Below, in pieces: positions 23,396-36,605 of a DNA stretch of 64,000 bases. Position 1 is the stretch's first letter. Every line of letters begins with the position of its first letter. Under the pieces are notes generated by a model. The model worked only from the letters and a program-made list of their open reading frames with translations. It was not told where the DNA came from and did not search any database. The translations under genes and the position numbers were made by a program. The DNA lies in assembly GCF_006345805.1 (NCBI RefSeq), contig NC_043005.1, forward strand, positions 3,844,001-3,908,000. The letters run 5' to 3'. This DNA comes from Octopus sinensis (Eukaryota).

Positions 23396-26125
23396 TGCAT
23401 GTATGTATGTATAAGGCTATCTTTATGTCTAGCTAAACGTGGATGTTTTGTTAGAACATGGATTACTATGTTATAGAGAGAATGAGTGGACTGGAGCAAT
23501 GTGAAATGAAGTGTTTTGCTCAAGAACACAATGCACCAGGGTCTGGGAACTGAAACTATGATCATGCGGCCATGAGTGCAACACCTGAACCACTAGGCCA
23601 CATGTCTTCACATAAACATATATATATATATATATATCTATCACAGGCACATGCATGGCTGAGTGGTAAGAAGCTTGCTTACCAACCACATGGTTCTGGG
23701 TTCGGTCCTGCTGCATGGCACTTTGGGTGTCTTCTACTATAGCCTCAGGCTGACCAAATCCTTGTGAGAGGATTTGGTAGACGGAAACTGAAAGAAGCCT
23801 GTTATATATGTGTGTGTGTGTGTGTATACATGCATATATGTCTACAAGTTTATGTATGTGTGTATGCATGTGTGGTAAGCAACAGCTTTTGTACAAGAGG
23901 TGTAAGTATATCCCTGTCTATTTAAATGATATCACTGTAAATAAATTGCTTCATGTCTTAAAAATACACATCACAGAGATTATAATATTAATATTCAGCA
24001 TTTAAAGTATCTTATACATTCATAATTAGAATGAACAGACTGAAATCTGACACTTTTTACATCAGCAATGACTTCCTAAGTACCAGTGCATGGCTGGCCA
24101 GCTGGTCGGCTGGTTTGATGGTGCTGTCGGGAGATTGAGGAAAGGTGTACACCCACCTCTCCTCTTCATCTCTCTATTTCTTCCTTCCTACCTGCCTGCT
24201 ATTCTTCCTGTCTTCGGCTCTATCTTCATTGATTTGTTTACTGGGCTGTAGTCAAGATGAGAAAAAAGAAAGAAGAGAGAGAGGGGGAAGAGTAAGAGAA
24301 AGAGGGGAGAAAGGGAGGAGAGAGAAAAGTAGAGAGGTAGAAAGGCATAGTTATGGATCTCGGGGGGGGGGGGGGCATGGAGCAAGGTGGGTTAGTGATG
24401 GTGTTGGTGGTGGTGGTTCAGGTGATGGGTTGGTGAAGAATATTCCATGGGAACTTCTGTAAATGATTTTTGGTGGAAGGACGGAGAGGGTTTAGTCAGA
24501 AGAGGAGGAAAAACAGATGATACTCATGGTTAAAAAATTCACTACACAACTACATAGCTGCCAATTCGATCTCTATACACAGCCCCTGGGTCAAGGGTTT
24601 CTGCCAAGGCAGCTATGTGGCAATGTCTTCTGCCATTCAGTTTTGTGACTGAAATATGGTAAATGAAAAGAATTGACCTCAGCAGATTTGAACATAGAAT
24701 GTCAAGAACTCAGAATACAAAGAAAAAATGCTTTATAAATACTATAAACCATTTTCTCTAATGCACTAATAATTCTGCTGACCCTCTGCCCTCTCATGAT
24801 AAATATACAATAAGGGAAGATGACTTTGGAAGAAATATTCTATGTATTTCTCTGTACCCGAAAAAAATAAAAAATTGCCAAATAATTTAATTGCTGCCTC
24901 TTGAATCAAATATAAAGTTAAGTGCTCCACCCATACAGAAAAAAAAGCTTCACTTAATGGTTTGGCAACATTACTTTCTAATTTTCAGCGATTCTTTGTG
25001 ATTCAAACCCCACACAGAATGCCAACATCAAAAAAAAAAAAAAGCTCAGAGAGTGATAAACAGTGTCACAATCAGCCAATCCCTGATGGCAGTGAAAAAC
25101 AACTGTTGAGCAAAGATCACACCCAAGCAGAAGCAACTGAAAATAAACCCTTGTAAACCCCTGTAGAGCTAGTGCCAAAACTATTTCTCTGTTGATCCAG
25201 TCAGTTAAAAAGAGAGAAAAAAAATCCTATCTGGTAGGCAGGTCTTTTCTATCTACAAAAGATAACTGCTTCCCTGACACCAAGAACTTCGTCTAAGCTC
25301 TCTTTATCATCCAAAGACTGTGGGGTGTGGATAGACAATATTATTTGTAGTTGCTAGGTTAAAGTCTACTTTTATTTTTATACTGAAGCATTATTACAGC
25401 TTTTCTCCTCAGACTTTCTCAATTTTTATCATTTGAGGTTGCACTGGTTGAAATGCAAAATAAACAGCATTCTTATCTAACAGGAATCATGTAAGACAGA
25501 GGCTGGAATTGTGTACCAAAAGCAAATAAAGCTCTAAGAGATAGCAATGGAGATCTAGAAGAAAAGAGATTGAAATAAGGGGTGGTCAGCATGAGTGTGT
25601 GTGTGTGTGTGCACGTATGTGTGTGTGTGAGAAAAAGATTTAATTGCTGGGATTGTAGTATAAAGAAAGAATATTCAGAATAAAGGATATTATGTTTTAC
25701 AGTAGCATAAAAGAGTGAACAAGACCACACTAGGATATGGCTTAAAATTACAGGAAATTTCAGCAAGGGAGTGACTGAGAGTGTGTTACCTGTCAAGATA
25801 TGGTCTGGTATATTTTATGAGAAACATTGTTAAATATCTGTTTTCACATTTGACACCAAAAGAAATTTGATATGAGATTTTTAGACATTTATTTATGGTT
25901 TGAAAGAATGGAAAATCATTATCTACAACTAAAACTAAGAAAAACATGTCATCAGGCAGAACTAAATTAATAATGTTTAGATCTGTACACTTTGTAGTTT
26001 TGTTTTCAAATTCAGAACAAACTCATTATAATGTGTATATACGCATGTCAATGAGTGTGTCTTAAGTCTAGTACCTGTACATACAACATCCCGCCCCTAA
26101 CACCACCACCATCACACACATACAC

Positions 26126-26235
26126 AAAGACTTTACCGGAGTTGTAGCTCAGGGTTTCATGTAACTGATCATCAGACAGACAGCTGTCTGATGATTGACA
26201 ATGTGAAACTCTGAGCTGCAGCTTTTGAAAACTTT
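26126..26235. mobile_element. Palindromic element with hammerhead-core motifs on both arms
   Basis: ~50-bp imperfect arms. Each strand reads GTCTGATGA-N10-GAAAC(T/C)CTGAGCT. Confidence 0.55.
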
Positions 26236-26374
26236 ACAGCTTCAATAAAACACTATTTTATGCAGCCTTTGTCAGTTGTGTACCTTCTTTTCCTCCTTGT
26301 TTTCCACCTATGTTTTCACATGGGCATGCATGTACACGCGTGTGTGTGTGTGTGTGTGTGTGCATGTGCATGTA

Positions 26375-26770
26375 TGCTTTTACTCTTTTACTTGTTTCAG
26401 TCATTTGACTATGGCCATGCTGGAGCACCACCTTTAGTCGAGCAAATCAACCCCAGGTCTTATTCTTTGTAAGCCTAGTACTTATTCTATTGGTCTCTTT
26501 TGCTGAACCGCTAAGTTATGGGGACGTAAGCACACCAGCATCAGTTGTCAAGTGATGTTGAGGTGGGGGGACAAACACAGACACACAAACATATACACAC
26601 ACATACATATACATATACATACATACGACTGGCTTCTTTCAGTTTCCGTCTATCAAATCCACTCACAAGGCTTGAAGCTATAGTAGAAGACACTTGCCCA
26701 AGGTGCCACACAGTGGGACTGAACCCAGAACCATGTGGTTCATAAGCGAGCTACTTACTACACAGTCACT
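26375..26770 (-). mobile_element. SINE family B copy
   Basis: Homology to the other family-B copies. Confidence 0.8.
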
Positions 26771-27976
26771 CCTTGCTCTTCCTTTATGCATGTTTAAACA
26801 TGTCCTTTTCAAATATGTAAATCAATTTGATGATAACTCTTTCATACATACAATGAGTTTCACTGATAAAACCATCAAAACCCAGCTAGGCATGTGAATC
26901 ATCTTGGGCACATGGTCCCCCATGACTGGTACAATTCTAACTCATAATCCTAAACCCCACATCCATGTAGTTCGCACATAATAGCTGCACTCCACCCAGT
27001 TAAGGACATGGCTTACACTTTTTGGAGAAAAACCACTCACCTTTATCAAATTAGATGCTCTTTTAGTGTACACTGCAGTTCCTACAAGATCTCACCCAAA
27101 CTGCAGTGGTGTCTCTAGAGTGTAAGCCACTTGGTGCAGCCCTTGAGATTCTTGTTCTCCCCCACTTACCTGGAGCCCCAACCTATACAGGCTTATGTAG
27201 TAGACCCAAAAGTACTACCCTCATAAAAGAAGTGCTCCAGACTGGAGGCTCTTCCTCCACCCAGCCATGTTACTGGCCAAAAGGGTTTCCCCTAATTTTG
27301 TTGAAGCTTTCTTTCCTCATTTCTCAACCATGCCTGCTTGTAAATTTCACATGCAAGTAGCTGAGAATTCCACAGACACATGTACCCTCAACATAGTTCT
27401 CAGGGAGGTTCAGTGTAATACAGAATGGGACAATGCTGGCCCTTTGAAATACAGGTACAACTCATTTTTGTCAGCAGAGTGGACAATAGGAAATAAAGTA
27501 ACTTGCTTAAGGACTGAATATACTGGTCCCCAAGTCACATGCCTTCTCAACCATGACTGTTCTAGTAAAAGTATTCTTGTGGAGAAATCCTTCACCATTT
27601 GTTACCCACTTCAAATTTGCCTCCACACATGCCAACCACACTAAACACATCTCCTCAACAAACATCACACACACACACACACAGCCGGGTCAGGTGTGGG
27701 AACATGTGCTGTTGCAGCATATCATTACATCCATCATTTGCTGGTGTTTGCTCAGGTTGATCCGGGCAACCCTCCAAGTAGTGCCCCAATCAGTCCCCCC
27801 TCTCCACAAGGTACTTCCTCCTCTGCTATGATCATGTAACATTAAACGCAAAAGAGGATTCAGTCATTTTGTGAATCTTAGGGTGTCCAAGCAGGATGTG
27901 TCTCTCTTTCAGCATCTTCTTTTAGTCTGGCCTCATTTTGGGGACACCTGACACCCCACCCCCGATAGTTTCCATA

Positions 27977-28015
<39 letters not shown>

Positions 28016-28264
28016 TGGTCTTCTTCCAGTTTCAGTTGACCAAATACACTTGCAAAGCTTTGGCTGACCCAAGGTTATAGTAGAGGATATTTGCCTAAGG
28101 TACCATGCAGTGCGACTGAACTCTGTATCAGATGGTTGGGAAGCAAGCTTCTTATTGCCTGCATCTAGTTTAGATATACACACCTATGTATATAGATGTA
28201 TGCATACAAAACTACATACATGCATATCTAAAAAAGTATGTATGTACATATGTATATGTGTGCC

Positions 28265-28306
<42 letters not shown>

Positions 28307-28314
28307 TATATCTA

Positions 28315-29200
28315 CTGGGTGTGGTGGGTAAATTGTCACCATTTTAAATTGTTAATTTCATGCATGCACATTGTTTTTGATTTTGTCAACTACACAGTAT
28401 AGAAGGGTCAGTTGGGCACCATCTGTGAGAAAAACAGCACCACGATGCAATTCACTCTGCCAAAAATTTCGAAACGACATGCTGTATTGCTTGGCATTGG
28501 TGCCAGAATCTCCAATACAAACATTTCAGAGAGTTCAGGTGTCAATCTGTGGACAGTGCAATCTGAGGACATGTACTGAGAGTGATAAAAATCAAACATT
28601 CCAGTCAATATCATGGGTGTTTGGAATGATCATTGGTGATGGCGATATTATGCTTCCATTCATCTTCCCACACGGCCTCAGACTGAACACAAAGGCCTAC
28701 ATCCAGTGCCAGGAGGATATAGTGCTGCCCTGGGTCAAGAGGCTGGCTACTGGAAGACCCCATGTCTAGCAACAGGACCATGCACCATGCCACACAAGCA
28801 GAAGAACCCAGTCATGGCTGTCAGACAATTTCTGTGACTGCATCACCCCTAAAATCTGGCCACCTAACTCCCCAGACTGCAACCCCTTTTGATTATTATG
28901 TGTGGGGCGCAGTTGAGCAAAGAGACCAACAAAACTCCTTGTAACACCAAAGATGAATTGAAAGCAAGGATTATGGCAGCATTCACAAACTTAAACAAGG
29001 AGACTATCCAGAAAAGTTGCAGGAGATTCCGAAGTCATCTGGAGGCCATGGTTGAAGCCAATGGCGATTTTATTGAATAAATTTACTCTTTAGTATTTCA
29101 AGATAGTTTATGTAATTTTGGTAAATATAGCTGTTAAAATGAGATATCAGGGTTATTTTTATTTTTGTGTAATTTAGATGACAGTTTATTCACTGTACCG
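28315..29200 (+). mobile_element. DD37D (maT-like) Tc1/mariner internal-deletion derivative, copy A
   Basis: TA-flanked degraded TIRs. Peptides WPPNSPDCNP(fs)DYYVWG and KDELKARIMAAF...LEAMVEANGDFIE*. Confidence 0.85.
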
Positions 29201-30121
29201 TATGTGTGTGTGTGTGTGTATGGGAGAGAGAGAGAGAGAGAGAGAGAATATATGTGTGTGTGTGTGTGACAGACACACAAATAGACAAATAGATAGATAA
29301 AGAGAGTAAGATAGAGAGAAAAAGACAGATTGCAATAAAGTCATTAGGGCTATGCTCATTAAAAAGCAATAACAAAAATTCACACACACACACACACACA
29401 CATGCACACATGCACACACACAGACACACATGATTTTAAAAGAACAGTGTTATATTTCTAGTGACATCACAGAATTTTTAATTTCTCAAGTTTTTATAAC
29501 TCTTCTCTTAAGCCTTTTCATCTGGTCTCTATTATTAAAAGGCAACAACAGAATGTCCGTGAAAACCCCTCCTTTACTCCCCACTTCCAACACTCAACTA
29601 CTTACGCAGGCACGTGCAAGCTCACACATACACACATTTGTGTGCAAGTACACAAGCAGCTAAAAAGTGCCCTGAAAGCAGGCGAGTGCTTGCGCTGTTA
29701 GTATTTAACAAGATATTCTATATCAGAAGGGTGAAACCTGAGACAGTTTCGTGTTTCATGTACCTCTTGTAAATGGAAGTGATATCATTTTAGCATAAAG
29801 CACCTAAGCACCGGCCCCCCCCTCTCTCTCCCTCTACATATTGGCTGCATCTAGTTTAGATATACATACATATATAAATATATACATATATATATATATA
29901 TAATAAAATTATATATATATATAAGTACATCTGTATATAACTATATACATACCTATACAAATACATATATAACTATATACAATATACATACATAACTACA
30001 TATATATATATATATATATATAGTGAGAATTTACAAAAGAAAACAAAAAAAAAACAATGACGAAGACGGGTGTGTAAACAACAAATAGGTGTGTTAGTTT
30101 AATGCTCGGGAAGTGAGAAAG

Positions 30122-30159
30122 TCTTTTATGTTTCGAGCCTACGCTCTTTGTCAGAAAGG
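30122..30159 (-). ncRNA. Degenerate minimal hammerhead motif in a Penelope-like repeat (~30045-30225)
   Basis: Minus strand reads CCTTT CTGACAA A GAGC-GTAG-GCTC GAAAC ATA AAAGA. It has two core substitutions relative to CUGANGA and GUH. Confidence 0.55.
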
Positions 30160-30469
30160 AACACAGAAATAAACAGGGAGAGAAAATAGAAAAAGTTTTA
30201 GTGGCTAGCGATCTATCATGACGAATGATACATAAATACATAAATACATATATCCCTACATACATACATTCATATTCACATGCACACACATATACAAACA
30301 CACATACATATACATACATGCATGTATACATGCATGTACGCATGCACATATGCACACACACACACATACACTTAAATTTGTTGTTTTTAACATAAAACTT
30401 TAAACATGTTTCTAATTTCGTTTGAAAATTCCCACTGAGATGAGATGCATGATGTCTGATCAGTAGTAA

Positions 30470-30600
30470 TAGTGGTGGTGGTGGAGGCGGTGGTGGAGGC
30501 GGTGGTCGAGGCGGCGGTGGTGATGGTGGAGGCGGCGGTGGTGGTGGTGGAGGTGGCGGCGGCGGTGGTGGTGGAGGCAGCAGCGGTGGTGGTGGCAGCA
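30470..30600. repeat. (GGT/GGC/GGA)n microsatellite
   Basis: Seen directly; it explains the poly-Pro and poly-Val/Ala ORFs. Confidence 0.9.
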
Positions 30601-30670
30601 ATTGTTACATTGTTGACATTGCTGTTGCTGTTGTTATTGTCACATCAATTTGAAACATGCTTAATTGTAG

Positions 30671-30813
30671 TTGATAAAGGTGGCCACCACTACCAAAGAA
30701 AGGAGTATTTCTGTCGGTTTGAGGTTCATGTTGATGAGAGGCAGTGGGTAGCTTATCCACAACATGGCTTGAAAGAAACTCCCTCATGGAACCATTCTGT
30801 AGACCAAATTCCA
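30671..30813 (+). CDS. Candidate coding exon (phase 1 in, phase 0 out; alternative donor at 30818)
   Basis: ttaattgtag| then open frame DKGGHHYQRKEYFCRFEVHVDERQWVAYPQHGLKETPSWNHSVDQIP then |gtatgg. Frame-compatible with 10212-10331, but the acceptor is weak. Confidence 0.2.
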
Positions 30814-31645
30814 GTATGGTAGGACATCAGTCTGCATTATCTATGTTCCCAAATTTTCATAAATTAGATTATTCAAGGGCTCAAGGCAAAAGAATAACTC
30901 TTCTCTAGGGGCTGTTTAAAATCTAAACCAGCAAACAAGGTAGTAGCACGACAAAGGGTGGAGTGGGGAATAAGGAGGAAGGTCATGCAGGGCAATGCTT
31001 TTGGGTCTGCTGTATAAGCCTGTACAGGCTTGGGGTCCCATGGGGAGGGGAGAAAAGCTCAAGGGCTGCTCACACTAAATATGGGAGATAACTTTTGCAC
31101 TGTTGATTGAAAGCTTGGACAATTATGAACATTGTGGAGTGAGATGTTACTGCAAGTATATTTAATAAGAATATAAAGAAAACCTCCGACACTAGGCACA
31201 AAGCCTGAATTTTGTGCATGACTGGTTCTTATTTTATCAATTCTGGAAAGATGAAAGGCAATACTGACCTCAGTAGAATTCAAACTCAGAATGTAAAGAC
31301 AGATGAAATACTATTAAGCATTTTGTCTAAAAAAACGTAAAAGTGATATGCCTGAATTATGACAAACCACAATATGACAAAGTGTGCAGTATGGACTTAC
31401 ACTCTGCAGAGATGTGGTATATCTCAATCAATGGAACTAAGGACCACATCAGATCATTCCAGAGAATACTAGACTGGACTGGTACTTTATTTATCGACCC
31501 TGAAAGGATGAAAGACAAAGTTGACCTTGGCAGTATTTGAACTCAGTGTATAGAGAATTGGAACAATTAGTTCTGCTCAATCAAGGCAGACCTGGGGCTA
31601 AGCAACAACAACAATCCTAATAACAACAACAACAACAACAACAAT

Positions 31646-31679
<34 letters not shown>

Positions 31680-32376
31680 GAATAAATGAACTAATGTAGG
31701 AGTCATTATGTGGTCTCTAGACATGCTAGAAATAACATCCAAATTTGCCTTATATCACACCCTGATGTCTTAAGAAAATAAAAAGGAAGGACACAGTGAA
31801 TAATGTAGTCTAAGATACACTATGCCAGATATAACAAAAAAGAAGGGCAGGATGATCATAGTAAGAATGCATTTAAACATAGGTATGCTTGATTAGAACT
31901 GACCTGGGGCTAAACTAGCCAGCCATACTCAAACTCAATGAATTTATTTTACAGTCTAATTTAACCATACTTTTTCATGCAGAGGGCGTCCCTTAGTAAC
32001 TAACCTCAAGACAAAAATAACTTTGTGAATGCCTGGAATAAAGAAAGGGATCCTTTTTAGCTTAGGATTGGTGAAGGTGGTGGTGGTGGTGGTGGTGGTG
32101 GTGTGTGCAGTTGACCCTTAGTTATCAGGTCAGATCAGGATATGAGGTTAGTTTTTTTGTGTGTGTGTGTGTGTGTATAGGGATGGGGGAGTATGGTTGG
32201 TGGTAGGCGTGGGTGGATTGGGGGTGGAGGGAAGGTGTATAGTTTGACTCAGCAGTTATAATTGTGAGGGATATTTGTTTGAAGAGAGCGGGAGGGGGGA
32301 CCATTTGACTTGAGAAACAAAACAGAAAAACAGAATGGAAAAAGAAACCAAAAAAAAGCTTCCATTGTTCCCACTA

Positions 32377-32429
<53 letters not shown>

Positions 32430-33111
32430 AAGGCAGCAGTTGTTGTCTGTGTCAACAGTAGCAAGGGTAGTAGTGTTGCAGGTAGGTAATGGTGTTGTTT
32501 GGGCAATAGTAGTGGTGGTGGTGGTGGTGGTAGTGTATGACAGGTGTGACTTGTTCTGTTGACACTCCTCTTCACCTGTAGTCCAGTCATGTAAAGATCA
32601 AGATAACACAACCCCACCTCCTCACCACCACACAGCATGAGTATATTTAAATGTGTTACATGTGGGTGTGTGAATTCGTACATGTTAAAAGTTGTCTCTA
32701 TTATAAACCACATCAGCCCCCCCCCATCTCGCCATCAACCTCCTCCATATCCCCACCCCCACCTATATCCCTGCCACAATAGATAACCCCACCCCTCACT
32801 AGTCTTATTTCCTTCAATACAAACTCATTGACACCCACACTTGCCTTTATTATTCTCCTTCTCTCCTGAGGCACCAAATCTGATATTCTGTCCCTTCATT
32901 GTGCAGCACCAATTTGAACTTAAATCTGAAGAAATATGGCTCATCTTCAGTTGAAGTTACCCTCAATTAGTTGTGGATCTCTCCTACTCTACTGGGCCCA
33001 ACTCAATCCCAGATTTACATGTATGCTTAACAGCCCGAAACCACCTATAGCCTCAAAATTTAGGGAGCAAACTTCTGGTCACGGTGTTTAAACACTTGAC
33101 ATCATCATTCA

Positions 33112-33718
33112 GTACTTTTTCGTTATCTCACCCCCATTAAAAAATTGCCATTAAAAAATTAGGTTATCTCCCCATTAGAAAGTTGAGTTTATGTGGCAAC
33201 AAGAGATTGGATTAAAAGGGTTTGGATCCTTTTGATTCAGTAGTTCAGTGCATTGTTGATGTTTGGACTCCTAGATAGGCGATGGTATGATTGGTCATAA
33301 AAATGTTATTAGATTTGTAGTGGCTTCATGCAGGCATGGTGTGGATTCGATCCTCGATCCTCAATGACCAAGACGGCATCTGGTAAAGGTAACTACTGTC
33401 ATTCACAGAAAAAAAACTATCGTTTTACCGTGAGAAAAGTGTTGTTGGACTGTTAAGTGAAATTTGGCAATTGAGGATCAAATCCACGCCATGCCTGCAG
33501 GAAGCCACGACAGATTCAATAAGATGCTTAATCTTTTCAGTTTCCCCTTTTATTTTTTTCTGCCTTCATGTTTATTGATTTTTTCATTTTTTTTCTTAGT
33601 TTTATTGAGGGTTAAACAATTTTTTTAGTTGGGGAAATAACCACAAGTACCAATGTTTTTTCATAAAATGAGGGAGATAACTCAATTTTTTAATAGGGGT
33701 GAGATAACCAAAAAGTAC
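33112..33718. mobile_element. MITE with ~35-bp TIRs containing a second inverted-repeat element (33306-33522)
   Basis: Outer TIR GTACTTTTT(C/G)GTTATCTCACCCC(C/T)ATTAAAAAATT. Inner ~60-bp arms include GTGGCTTC(A/C)TGCAGGCATGG(T/C)GTGGAT. Confidence 0.75.
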
Positions 33719-34635
33719 CAAAAGAGTCTTTTAGGAGTGGGGGGGGGCATTACCAGTGGAAGGCCTTCATAATCTGGTAATGCAGCAGGTTATTATTGCA
33801 CCAATGTCCTCCTCTCTCTCTACCAGTTGAACTTCACTCTTACTAAAATGCACATGTCTCCACAATTTCTAATTTCTACTCTTTGACCCTCTAACTGTCC
33901 CAATCTTTCACGCACCATTTCTTCTTTCTTTCAAAAGAGATTAGATTTTCCATCAATGCTTTAATTAAAAGTTTCCAAGTTGTATTGAATAAGGTACTTT
34001 CAAATACCCTCAATGCTCATCACATATACCACACCTTTCTCGAAATCAATAACACCACAACAATCATCTGCCTCAAATTACTCCATTTACATAAAAGTAT
34101 TCCTCGGTTCCTGTCGGATCCTTTCCCTTTTGAAAGTTGATCTGATATATTAATCTTCGTTTCCAGAGAAATCTACTTTCTTGATAACTGAAACAATTAT
34201 TCAACCTCTAAAATATTTAATGAAATATTTTAAAAAACATATCATCATCATCATTTATAGCCCATTCTCTATGCTGGCATGGGTTGGATGGTTTGACAGA
34301 AGCTGGGCAGCTGAAGAATTGCACAGGCTCCATGTCTAATTTGGCATGGTTTCTATGGTTGGATGCTCTTCCTAACACCAACCACTTTACAAAGTGTACT
34401 GGGTGCTTTTAACACAGCACTGGCAGAGGTGCTTTTTCCATGGCCCCAGCACCCATGAGCCCACAAGATTAGGAACACTCAGCTGGAGAGGGATGCTGGG
34501 GACATAATTCTAGTATAATTTTAAATTCAGCGTTTAAAATGTGGTCTCTGTCACTATCAACAAAGCAAAAGGAAAGTTAAATAAAAGGAAAATGGTAAAA
34601 AAGAAACAAAAATGACATTCCTGTAAAAGTAGGTG

Positions 34636-35030
34636 GAGGCATGGCTGGGTGATAAGAAGTTTGATTCTCAACCACATGGTTCTGGGTTCAGTCTCACTGA
34701 GTGACATGTTGGGCAAGTGTTTTCTATTATAGCCCTTGAGCTGTCTAAAGCCTTGTGAGTGAATTTAGTAGAGGGGAACAGAAAGAAGCCCCCCCATTTA
34801 TATGTGGCTGAGTTCCTTTCGAGTGTTGGGCCTCATGGAAGCAATGACCAAGACCTTTGGCTTTATGTCATGCTTGAGAAGAAGACCCATTAAGCCGAGC
34901 AAAATCGCAGTCATGACAGATGCAAATGGCACCAGTGCCAATGGCACATGGAAGCACCCACTGCATGCTCAGAGTGGTTGGTGTTAGAAAGGGCATCCAG
35001 CTTTAGAAAACCATGCCAAAACAGACTGGA
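34636..35030 (+). mobile_element. SINE-B 5' half followed by an RTE-derived fragment
   Basis: Family-B head at 34636-34790. 34803 onward is a single-copy version of the 42-bp unit plus the RTE 3' core. Confidence 0.7.
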
Positions 35031-35270
35031 GTAGTAGTAGTGGTGGTGGTGGTAGTAGTAGTAGTAGTGGTGGTGGTGGTAGTAGTAGTAGTAGTATGAA
35101 CACCAACAACAATAGCTGCCTGATGCTATGCATTTTATTTTATTTAAATGTTTGTTAAAGAGGTTCTGAAGTGGTTTAAAATATTTTCATTCACAAGTAC
35201 TTCCGGTTTGATAGAAGTGAACAGGAATACTCCTCACTTAACTAGTGCAGTGTGTGTGTGTGTGTGTGTG

Positions 35271-35305
<35 letters not shown>

Positions 35306-36190
35306 GGCATGATAAAAAAAAACAGGAATGTCACAAGAATACACAGAAGCCCTGCTACTGTCACTGAGTAGTGGCATAATGTTATGAAGTAGTGCTTGTG
35401 AAAAGCAATCAGTACCACCCATTTGGTGGGTGGTGGAAAAGTTTATCTAAATACTAGAGACAAAGGGGGGAGCTGGGTGAGTGTAATAGATGCATCTCTT
35501 AATTGGTCTAATTTTGAAAAATATTTTCAACTTTTATTCTGAGTGCAAACCATTTGGTAAACTTTGAGCTTAAAATGTTGCTTTGCCTTTCCATACTCCA
35601 TCATCATCCTCATCATCAGACATTTAGTTACATCTGATACCAATATGTGATTTATAACATACACACAAGACCACAAATTTGTAGCAGGGAGTGAGGAGGG
35701 GGTAGTGGGATTAAAATCGTTTAAGCTGATCCCAGCAGTTGATTAGTGCTTATTTTATTGGCTCTAGAATTCATCATCATCATCATAATCATCATCGTCA
35801 TCATCATTGTCAACATCACTGTTTAATGTCCGTTTTTCATTCTGGCATGGGTTGGACGATTGAACAAAGCTGATGAGCCAAAAGCCTGCTCAGGCTCCAG
35901 TCTCTGGATGTCTTTCCTCACGCCACCTACAAAGTGCACTGGGTGCTTTTCACATGACACCAGAACAAGTGAAGTCACCAAGTAACTCGCAAGACAAGAC
36001 TTCCTCATCTGAGGGGTGTGGGTGATGTATGAAGGTGGCTTTATGCCCGGTAATAAGAACAAACTCAACCCTAAAGGGATTTGAACTCAGGTAAATTACT
36101 GTAAAACATTTCTGTTTGAGACTCTACCATTTCTGCCAATTCGCTACATTTAAAAGAAGATAGATCCTCCCATGAGAGTTGAACTGCATT

Positions 36191-36605
36191 CAGGGCCAGA
36201 TTAAGTCCCATAGAAGCCCTAAGCATTTCAAAGATTTTGGTCCCCCTCATATATGTCTAAATCAAAATATAAACAGTAATAAACCATAAAATAAATTTTC
36301 ATTTTTCAAAATGAAACAAAACTAACAGTAAGATGGAAAATAAATCATTTTTGTAGACTCCCACTTCATATTTGAAAAGTTTTGTTCTACTTTCTTTGAT
36401 TGCAAAGTCTTTGACTAGATCCTCATTATGACACCATGAACACTTTGAAATTATATTTGCAATCATATAAACTACTTCTAATATTTTCTTAGCAAGTTTA
36501 AAGTGATTTCTTTTGTGCCATAAACCATTTACCATTTCTCTGGTGCCCTCCTTCCCGTGATGCCTTAAGCACATGCTCATTTGCTGAATCGTTAATCCAG
36601 CACTG
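36191..36605 (-). mobile_element. hAT-like non-autonomous element
   Basis: TIRs CAGGGCCAGATTAA / (revcomp) CAGTGCTGGATTAA; degraded 8-bp TSD ACTGCATT / ACTACATA. Minus-strand EDLVKDFAIKESRTK resembles the hAT dimerization-domain C-terminus. Confidence 0.7.

Noticed and set aside
24962-25156. Terminal coding exon after a ttttcag acceptor
   Set aside because: It contains a long poly-A run and has no recognisable homology.
29996-30601. Poly-proline (formin-like) ORF
   Set aside because: A (CCA/CCG)n microsatellite running into (TG)n; no domain content.
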